From positions 331-64,330 of the forward strand of contig CAVKNZ010000004.1 in NCBI GenBank assembly GCA_963657885.1: a stretch of 64,000 nucleotides of DNA, in the 5' to 3' direction. Below, in pieces: positions 9,227 to 15,908 of this stretch (position 1 is its first letter; each line of letters opens with the position of its first letter). The notes beneath the pieces were generated by a model that saw only the letters and a program-made list of their open reading frames with translations, had not been told where the DNA came from and searched no databases. Position numbers and translations under genes: made by a program. This DNA is from Bacteroidaceae bacterium. Lineage in GTDB: Bacteria; Bacillota_I; Bacilli_A; RFN20; CAG-826.

Positions 9227-9580
9227 TTATTTCCATTTAATCGCATCATATTGTTTTCTTGCCTGAGGGCCAAGTAAATTAACAATTATTTTTTCATCAT
9301 TTAAAGAATGAATATTTTCATAAACTGATATAACTAGAATATCACCAGCATATTCATCATCGTAATAACCGCTGAGCCATTCAATAAACGATTTTGATTG
9401 TAAAATATGTTTGTTATTTTGACATTTAATAGAATCGATGAAGAAAGGCATAAAAACATCTTCAATAACAATTGTTGAACCTGTTTCTATTCCATCTAAT
9501 TCATCACAAACATCGTCAAAATTCTTTTGCAAATCAGGAATCATTTTTAATAATTGTTTATTTAAATCAATTTGCTTCAT
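9227..9580 (-). CDS. Small acidic protein, immunity/antitoxin-like (unknown family)
   Basis: 117 aa and D/E-rich. Its ATG overlaps the stop of the upstream gene (ATGA). No family recognised. Confidence 0.6.
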   Translation of the reverse strand: MKQIDLNKQLLKMIPDLQKNFDDVCDELDGIETGSTIVIEDVFMPFFIDSIKCQNNKHILQSKSFIEWLSGYYDDEYAGDILVISVYENIHSLNDEKIIVNLLGPQARKQYDAIKWK

Positions 9581-9996
9581 TTTTTGCTACCTCCTTTTAA
9601 GGCGTCTTTAAGATCATCAATCAGTTCTTTTATAATCTTTTTATCTTCGGTAGATAAATCGCTATTATTATTTAATTTTTCTAATGCTTTCAAACGTTCC
9701 TTTGCCTTAATTAAATGAGATTTACCAGCGATATTTTTACCTGTTTGTAACTCTTCCCTTAATGCATCAGCAGTTCCACCATCGCCTATAGTAGCACCAG
9801 GTCTATATAATTCTTTTATATGATTTTTTAACTTTTCATTTGCAGCTTTATTATACAATTCTTGTCCTTTTATCGACATTGTTTTTAATGCTGAATGCCC
9901 AACATAATCACTGTTATTTAGCTTTCCATTTCTTTTAGATGGACCACCTGCGTTATTGTCGTTAGTAAAATGGTTTGAATGCGATTTCATCCCCAT
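9577..9996 (-). CDS. Small basic protein with GDGGTADALREELQTGK motif (polymorphic-toxin-associated-like domain)
   Basis: The listed 174-aa ORF overlaps the upstream gene. The ATG at 9996 (MGMKSHSNHF) lies 2 nt after the upstream TGA and has GGGGGTGA as RBS. The protein is 139 aa and K-rich. RPGATIGDGGTADALREELQTGK...HLIKAKERLKALEKL resembles modules I have seen at the C-termini of Firmicute polymorphic toxins, but I cannot name the family with confidence. Confidence 0.55.
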   Translation of the reverse strand: MGMKSHSNHFTNDNNAGGPSKRNGKLNNSDYVGHSALKTMSIKGQELYNKAANEKLKNHIKELYRPGATIGDGGTADALREELQTGKNIAGKSHLIKAKERLKALEKLNNNSDLSTEDKKIIKELIDDLKDALKGGSKK

Positions 9997-9997
9997 A

Positions 9998-10708
9998 TCA
10001 ATCACCCCCTTTAAAGGCTCTTGAAATATATGAGTCAAACTGCCAAATTTGACAACCGGAATTAACAGCAACATTGAACACATCATTAGGAGCATATCCA
10101 TAGACGATAATTATTCTTGGAGATACATACTCAATTAAAGCTTTAACACTATCTTTTAATAACGCTCTTGATTCAGTGTCACGTATGCATCCTAGTGTTC
10201 CAATAGCAACAATCCCCTTATAACAAATTCCTCTTAAAGCTAATTCATATGACCATTCATAAGTTGCTCTAAAATTAACAATTACTCTAATGCCATACGA
10301 GGAAAGAATATATCCAACTTCTCTACTTCTTGACATAGCATCGATTTGTTTATAATTAGGAAAATTGCCATAAACAGAATAGTCAGGACAAACAACAAAT
10401 AAAAATTCCTTTAATTCAGATATTAATTTGTTAATTTTTTTATCATTGCAATATTTCAAAATATTATAAATGCCATCTCTTCCATCGAATTTGAAATCAT
10501 ATTCATAAAACACTAAACCACATTTCGATTTATTTTGGCATTTATGTCGATTTGACCAAAGAATTAAATCATCAGGCTTCTCAATATTAACATCTTCGAT
10601 TTTTGGAATTTGATAAAAGCCAGTATCAAAGTTTGCTTTTTTAAGCTTCTTGGCTAAGAACACATCATCATCGCTTTTGCGTAGATGATTATTATTTTTT
10701 AAATTCAT
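9998..10708 (-). CDS. DUF4417-like protein
   Basis: 236 aa with AAGGAG 9 nt upstream. The layout FYEYDFKFD...VVCPDYSVYGNFP...QIDAMSRSREVGYILSSYGIRVIVNFR...GICYKGIVAIGTLG...IIIVYG matches my recollection of DUF4417. This is not verifiable here. Confidence 0.55.
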   Translation of the reverse strand: MNLKNNNHLRKSDDDVFLAKKLKKANFDTGFYQIPKIEDVNIEKPDDLILWSNRHKCQNKSKCGLVFYEYDFKFDGRDGIYNILKYCNDKKINKLISELKEFLFVVCPDYSVYGNFPNYKQIDAMSRSREVGYILSSYGIRVIVNFRATYEWSYELALRGICYKGIVAIGTLGCIRDTESRALLKDSVKALIEYVSPRIIIVYGYAPNDVFNVAVNSGCQIWQFDSYISRAFKGGD

Positions 10709-10799
10709 AAATATAATCTCCTTGTACGGTTTTTCCGTGATTTACAAATTGAGATATGCTACTATGAATTTGCTTAGATGTGCTTCAGCATATCTCGAT

Positions 10800-10829
10800 C
10801 GTAGCCATTCCAGTGGTTACGATTTTTTT
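10800..10829 (+). terminator. Plus-strand intrinsic-terminator-like hairpin in a minus-strand gene block
   Basis: CGTAGCCA-TTCC-AGTGGTTACG stem followed by ATTTTTTTA on the plus strand only. The minus-strand reading has no U-tract. Confidence 0.45.
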
Positions 10830-10867
10830 AGCTCTTTTTATAATTTTTATTTTGCTTAAATTAATTC

Positions 10868-11626
10868 CTATATAACAATTTTTACCTCCTTATTTTTATG
10901 CATTTCTAAAGCATTGAATATATCTCTAGAAATTATGTTAAGTGAAAGCATTCTCCAGGCCATAGCTGTAGGAGAAACAGAGAGTTCTTGTGCCATAGCG
11001 TAAACAATTTTCCAAATTAATTTTCGCTTTCTAACCCCAAGCCTTTGGCCAGGCATAATTTCACCATGTTTTATTTTATAGAGCTTCTTGACAAATTTAG
11101 ATGGCATCAAAAGATATGTCATATATTTATTAGCATGATGCTCCATCCAATCTTTATCTGTTTTACGTTTCATCATCCTACCATCAATTATCACAGTATC
11201 AGTGATGTATGTCGTACCATCTAATAATTCTTTGTTTATAAATAAATCGAATTGAGAATGGCCAGCCTCATGGCATAAAGTAGATTTAATTAAATATTCA
11301 TTATTACCACAAGCATCGATATCAACACATATAGTTCCTGCTTTAAAGAATCTATATTCAAATTTTCCTTCTTCAGAAATGATTGGCACAATACCATCAC
11401 TTATTGCAGTTGTTCCAAATCTAGATTTATTAGGTGATAATTTTTGATATTCAATTTTAACATTAAGATAATTTTCAATAAAATCTTCAACATCAAGCGG
11501 ATGAATACTTTTAAAATAATCTTTCTTATAGTCTTTTAATTGGGCAATAGCAAAATATTCGAGTTCTTCATCCTTAATCTGAAGTACACCTTTATTATTA
11601 AAAGCTTGCTTTGCCAATGTGACCAT
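10868..11626 (-). CDS. ImmA/IrrE-family (COG2856) zinc metallopeptidase
   Basis: HEAGH zinc motif (STLCHEAGHSQF) and the downstream EHHANKYMTYLLMP. The ATG overlaps the end of the XRE gene. Confidence 0.8.
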   Translation of the reverse strand: MVTLAKQAFNNKGVLQIKDEELEYFAIAQLKDYKKDYFKSIHPLDVEDFIENYLNVKIEYQKLSPNKSRFGTTAISDGIVPIISEEGKFEYRFFKAGTICVDIDACGNNEYLIKSTLCHEAGHSQFDLFINKELLDGTTYITDTVIIDGRMMKRKTDKDWMEHHANKYMTYLLMPSKFVKKLYKIKHGEIMPGQRLGVRKRKLIWKIVYAMAQELSVSPTAMAWRMLSLNIISRDIFNALEMHKNKEVKIVI

Positions 11627-12009
11627 TATTTATTTTTCTCCTCTAAAAATCTAATAAATTCTTCCCATTCTTCATTTGTGGCATTCACTTCTGCAGCTTT
11701 TCTAAGCGCTTGTTGAGCAAGAGGAACATTTTGTAAATAAGTCTTAACTTCATGCGGCACTTTATCCTTTTCAAGCATGGATTTAGAAGCTAATGATATT
11801 AATAATTGTTTATCATTATCATCAAGTTCTAATGCAGAAATCATTTTATTAAGCAAATCAGGATATTTTTTGCTATTTGCAGGAAATGATCTATTTCCGC
11901 TTTCTAAATCGCAAAGAAATGCTGGCGAAATGCCTATCAACAAAGCGAATTTTCTTAATGTTAGATTTTTCTCTTTTCTTTTTAATGTTAGATACTCCTT
12001 GAATTCCAT
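11626..12009 (-). CDS. XRE-family helix-turn-helix regulator
   Basis: The listed ORF starts at TTG 12063. The ATG at 12009 (MEFKEYLTLKRKEKNLTLRKFALLIGISPAFLCDLESG) has AAGGAG upstream. Classic Cro/CI HTH. Confidence 0.85.
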   Translation of the reverse strand: MEFKEYLTLKRKEKNLTLRKFALLIGISPAFLCDLESGNRSFPANSKKYPDLLNKMISALELDDNDKQLLISLASKSMLEKDKVPHEVKTYLQNVPLAQQALRKAAEVNATNEEWEEFIRFLEEKNK

Positions 12010-12039
12010 TATTTTGAATCTCCTTCTTGTCTTACAATG

Positions 12040-12057
12040 TGTCGGCAATTGCTGACA
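12040..12057. promoter_or_regulatory. 18-bp near-perfect palindrome TGTCGGCAATTGCTGACA (putative XRE operator)
   Basis: 17 of 18 positions are symmetric. It lies immediately downstream of a TTGCAT-N17-AATAAT promoter (minus strand, 12091-12063), so it covers the predicted TSS. A related half-site, TGTCGGC, is at about 12100-12106. Confidence 0.6.
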
Positions 12058-12264
12058 GTACAATTATTAAACACAAAAACAGAAAATGCAATAATAATTT
12101 GTCGGCTAACAGCGAACAGGGAAATAAGTTGCGATCAAATCAATTTATTTTTCATATTTAAATATGGACGACAAACATATATTTAGAAAATAATAAAATT
12201 ATAAAAAATCCTCCATTCTATCTTACCCTCTCGGGCAAAATTATGGGGGAAATTTCAAAATGTT

Positions 12265-12342
12265 TGGGGCGAGTAACGAGATTCGAACTCGTGAGTGACC
12301 GGTTCACAGCCGGCTGTGTTAGGCCTCTTCACCATACTCGCC
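12265..12342 (-). tRNA. tRNA-His (anticodon GTG)
   Basis: The reverse complement reads GGCGAGTATGGTGAAGAGGCCTAACACAGCCGGCTGTGAACCGGTCACTCACGAGTTCGAATCTCGTTACTCGCCCCA. It has the extra G(-1) opposite C73 typical of tRNA-His, anticodon loop CTGTGAA, T-loop GTTCGAATC and an encoded CCA. Confidence 0.95.
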
Positions 12343-12363
12343 AAGCGAAGTTAATTCTAACTA

Positions 12364-12882
12364 TTAAGTTAGCTTTTGTAAAGCAATTTTTGCTCTTTTT
12401 AGAATTGGCAGTTCTCTTTGTTTCACTAAGCGTCCCACCAAAACATTTTGCATATTTTCATATAAGGAAATACCTTTGTCAATATCGACCCAAATGATGC
12501 TTTCGATACGTTTAACTTCATCTTCTTCTAAAGCTTGATGGGTCTTTTCTTTTCTTCTAGCTAAATAAAAGTAATTGATATTTTCTCTTTCTATGAGATT
12601 GTAATAATCTTTTACTTTCCCTAGTTCAGCGATTATTTCAATGTGGTAGCCAACTTCTTCTTCTATTTCCCGTTCTAAAGCTTTTTTTAAGGATTCTTTT
12701 CCTTTTACGCCTCCTCCAGGAGTTTCATAATAATCTCTTGGGCCAAAGCCATCGTCATCGTAGACATGTTCAAGACAAACATTATTATTTTCATCTAAAA
12801 GAACGCAGCGAACGACTTTACGGGTGTGGCTTACACCGGTAAAAGGGTATTGATCATCTTTAAGTTTTAATAATGTTCGCAT
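12364..12882 (-). CDS. NUDIX hydrolase
   Basis: Nudix box GGGVKGKESLKKALEREIEEEVG. Confidence 0.85.
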   Translation of the reverse strand: MRTLLKLKDDQYPFTGVSHTRKVVRCVLLDENNNVCLEHVYDDDGFGPRDYYETPGGGVKGKESLKKALEREIEEEVGYHIEIIAELGKVKDYYNLIERENINYFYLARRKEKTHQALEEDEVKRIESIIWVDIDKGISLYENMQNVLVGRLVKQRELPILKRAKIALQKLT

Positions 12883-15800
12883 CAGTTCACCTCTAAGACA
12901 TTTCCGTGCAAGATAGAAATAATATACATGTTTATCTTCTTTTCGCTTATTGAAGAAATAAATTTCTTATATAAGTTAACTTGCCTAATATAAGCTTCAT
13001 CATCGACATGCGATAATTTATAGTCAACAATATCGATATGATTATCATAGATGAGAAGTAAGTCGATAACACCATTAACATCTTCAGCTTCATCATAGAA
13101 AGCATATTCGTGACACACCTTAGCCTTTCCGGCATCTTTAAAGATATCATTTTTTAAGAATCTGTCGATAATGTCTCGATCTTTTCTATCTATGATAAAT
13201 GAAGTATCTTTCGAAGAGAAATCCACAAGTTCGAGATAATAATGGAATTTATTTCCTAGCTCTAAAGCGATAGATGAGGCATCATCGCTCTTCTTTTTTG
13301 AGATGCGATGAGGCGAAAATATCTCTGAATCAAATTTATAGCTATCTTCGATGTTAATTTCCTTAGAATCGATGGAATGAATCTTCTCTAGATGTTCACG
13401 GCTAAATTCGATGACGCGACTAGGGAGTTCTATGCCTTTAAATTTAAGAAAATCCATATAGGAATTGTTCTTAGAGAATGTGTCTTTCGCTTTTGCGTTT
13501 TGATATTTAACTTCATTGAATAAAAGTATCGCTTTTTCGCGCGCCCGAGTTAGAGCTACATAAAATACGCGGAGTTGTTCATTAACCATCGCTAGACGTT
13601 CTTTTTTAAGGATGAATTCGTGGAAGAAACCTTCACCACTTTTACGAGAATAAAAATCAAAGCCGTAGTCTTTATCGAAGTTAAGTCTACTTCCGCCTTC
13701 GCTGAATTTAAAATATTTTGTCAAGCCTACATAATAGACATATTTAAATTCCAATCCCTTAGAAGCGTGAATGGTAAGAAGATTCACGCTATCGAGGTTA
13801 GAATCGCTTCCTTTAAATGTTTGATCGATGTCATATTCTTTAAGTTCTTCATAATAAAGTGAATAATCGCTTAGTGAATAATTGAGGGCATCCATCATAT
13901 CGCTGACATTATAGAAATGATTGATGAGCTCTTTGTTATTAGCGATATCGCCAACTTTGATGAGTTTTTCATAAAAATCAAAATCAGAAATAATCATCTT
14001 GGTGATTTCAAGCAAAGAACTATTTTTCGATTTATTCGCGATATTTTTAATCTTAGAGAACGCTAAATAGTCATCGTAGTTCTTCTTATAATAGACATCT
14101 TCAATATCTTCATCTTTCGTTTCAAAAAGAAATGAACGTAATATCGACATGAATGAATGATCGAAAGATTTATCAAAGTTGTTATCTAAATATAAGGCGA
14201 TGCATTTAATGATATTTTTAAATGTCAAAGTGACATCGTTGTCGTTTAGCGATTGTTCATAATTGGCGTAAAGAGGTATCGCATATTCATTGAAGACTTT
14301 TTGAAAGGTGGCGAATTCTGTTTTCGCATAGCTTAAAATAGCGAAATCTTTAAAAGTTATGTCGCGCATCGAGTTACCATCTCGCACTTGAACATGATTT
14401 TTAATTTTAGAAATGATATCGCTACAAATAAGATTAGCTTCATATTCCGCGCGTAACATGCTTTTATCTTTCATCGTGAAATATAAAATTTCGTGATGAT
14501 AATCCATATTTCTATCTATTAATGATGAATAATCTTTCTTAGCGAAATTCATCGCATGGTCACTAGCATAATTTAGTCCAGTATCTTCAAAGCTCATAAG
14601 CTTAGAGAAGATGTAGTTGTTATCCGCTATAACTTCATCGCGAGATCTGTAATTGTCAAATAGAGTAATAAGTTTACCGCCTCGATTAGCTTTATAATCA
14701 TCAAATTTCTTTTGAAATAAAGCGCAGTCAGCGTTTCTAAAGCGATAAATAGATTGCTTAACATCGCCAACGCAGTAAACATTATCGTTAGCAAAGCTAT
14801 TGATGAATTCTTCTTGAATTGGTGAAGTATCTTGATATTCATCAATCATGATGTATTTATATTGCTTTTTTAGCTTTTCTTTAATGTTAGGCAAATTGAC
14901 AATTTTCATCGCCATCTTAAAGATATCTAAGAAGGTATAAACTCCATGCTCAACTTTAAATTTATAAACTTTTTCATCGAGTTCTTTTAATAATTTTATT
15001 AACGTCGAGGCATAATTTTTTCCTAGAAGCATCTTTTTGATGATTGCTTCTTTATTTTCATAATTTAGATGAGCAAAATAGCTTGCTAAATTATTTTTTA
15101 AATTGATGTGGTAAGCGCCTATTTCTTCTCCGGCGTTTTTCGTCTTGGTAGGAAACTTATAAGAGGCTAAATAATCGTGCAGTTTTTCGATGGAATCGAT
15201 GCTTTCTAATTCTTCTAAAAAAGGAAGCATCAAATTGATATATTTTTCGTTATCAAAAAACTTAAGTTCTTTAATAGCCTCGTTTAGACATTTTCGATAT
15301 GACGAAATATATTCATCTAAAAAGAGTCGCGCTCTATTTTCATCATAGAAATTGGAAATGAAGTTATCAAGGTAGCTATCTTTATCAGTAATATTTTCAA
15401 TTTTGTTATAAGTTTTAACTAAAAAGTCGACGAGAACATCATCGTTTTTAAAGCAAAATTCGTACGCTAAATCGATGACATCTTGATCGTTTGCGTCGTA
15501 ATGAGCGTCAAGAATTTGTCTAATAGTCTTTTTAATTTCTAAGTCAATAAGCGCTTTATCGACGACTTTTATTTTCCCATAGACTCCGATTTTATCGCCA
15601 TATTTTTTAACTAAGCTTAACGCATAAGCATCATATGTTTGAATGTTCACCGCATCAACATTTGAGGCCATATCATATAAATGGTCACCTAATAATTTTC
15701 CTCTTATCCTATCACGCATCTCTTGAGCGGCGAGGTTAGTGAAAGTAAGCACCAATAGTTCGTTTAATTTCACATTGCTTTTTAAGATGCGAAATACGCG

Positions 15801-15908
15801 TTCAGTTAAAACAGCTGTCTTTCCACTGCCTGCAGAGGCGCTTACTAAAGTGTTACCTTTATCAAAGCGAAGAGCTTCTTCTTGTTCAAGACTAAATTTA
15901 ATCTCCAT
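12882..15908 (-). CDS. addA: ATP-dependent helicase/nuclease subunit A (AddA/RexA type)
   Basis: UvrD-type Walker A SASAGSGKTAVLTERV and a C-terminal RecB-type nuclease motif (IDLLLIY...IDIVDYKLS). I set the start at ATG 15908 (MEIKFSLEQEEAL), which overlaps the addB stop by 11 nt. Confidence 0.9.
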   Translation of the reverse strand: MEIKFSLEQEEALRFDKGNTLVSASAGSGKTAVLTERVFRILKSNVKLNELLVLTFTNLAAQEMRDRIRGKLLGDHLYDMASNVDAVNIQTYDAYALSLVKKYGDKIGVYGKIKVVDKALIDLEIKKTIRQILDAHYDANDQDVIDLAYEFCFKNDDVLVDFLVKTYNKIENITDKDSYLDNFISNFYDENRARLFLDEYISSYRKCLNEAIKELKFFDNEKYINLMLPFLEELESIDSIEKLHDYLASYKFPTKTKNAGEEIGAYHINLKNNLASYFAHLNYENKEAIIKKMLLGKNYASTLIKLLKELDEKVYKFKVEHGVYTFLDIFKMAMKIVNLPNIKEKLKKQYKYIMIDEYQDTSPIQEEFINSFANDNVYCVGDVKQSIYRFRNADCALFQKKFDDYKANRGGKLITLFDNYRSRDEVIADNNYIFSKLMSFEDTGLNYASDHAMNFAKKDYSSLIDRNMDYHHEILYFTMKDKSMLRAEYEANLICSDIISKIKNHVQVRDGNSMRDITFKDFAILSYAKTEFATFQKVFNEYAIPLYANYEQSLNDNDVTLTFKNIIKCIALYLDNNFDKSFDHSFMSILRSFLFETKDEDIEDVYYKKNYDDYLAFSKIKNIANKSKNSSLLEITKMIISDFDFYEKLIKVGDIANNKELINHFYNVSDMMDALNYSLSDYSLYYEELKEYDIDQTFKGSDSNLDSVNLLTIHASKGLEFKYVYYVGLTKYFKFSEGGSRLNFDKDYGFDFYSRKSGEGFFHEFILKKERLAMVNEQLRVFYVALTRAREKAILLFNEVKYQNAKAKDTFSKNNSYMDFLKFKGIELPSRVIEFSREHLEKIHSIDSKEINIEDSYKFDSEIFSPHRISKKKSDDASSIALELGNKFHYYLELVDFSSKDTSFIIDRKDRDIIDRFLKNDIFKDAGKAKVCHEYAFYDEAEDVNGVIDLLLIYDNHIDIVDYKLSHVDDEAYIRQVNLYKKFISSISEKKINMYIISILHGNVLEVN

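Noticed and set aside
9577-10101. 174-aa version of the small basic protein overlapping the DUF4417-like gene by 104 nt
   Set aside because: The N-terminal 35 codons (MDMLLMMCSMLLLIPVV...) are the out-of-frame reading of the upstream gene's 3' end. The ATG at 9996 has a strong RBS and starts 2 nt after the upstream stop.
4770-12342. Intact prophage or ICE because of the XRE-ImmA pair next to a tRNA
   Set aside because: No integrase/recombinase, excisionase, replication, conjugation or virion genes are present, and I spotted no obvious att duplication of the tRNA 3' end by eye. At most this is a fixed remnant or a co-opted switch.
12243-12497. ORF 12243..12497(+), ORF 26721..26909(+) and ORF 51543..51755(+)
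   Set aside because: The first two are read straight through the tRNA-His and tRNA-Arg genes. The third is a translation of the 33-bp repeat array (FTIAKG/FTIARG/FTIAKI). None has an RBS.
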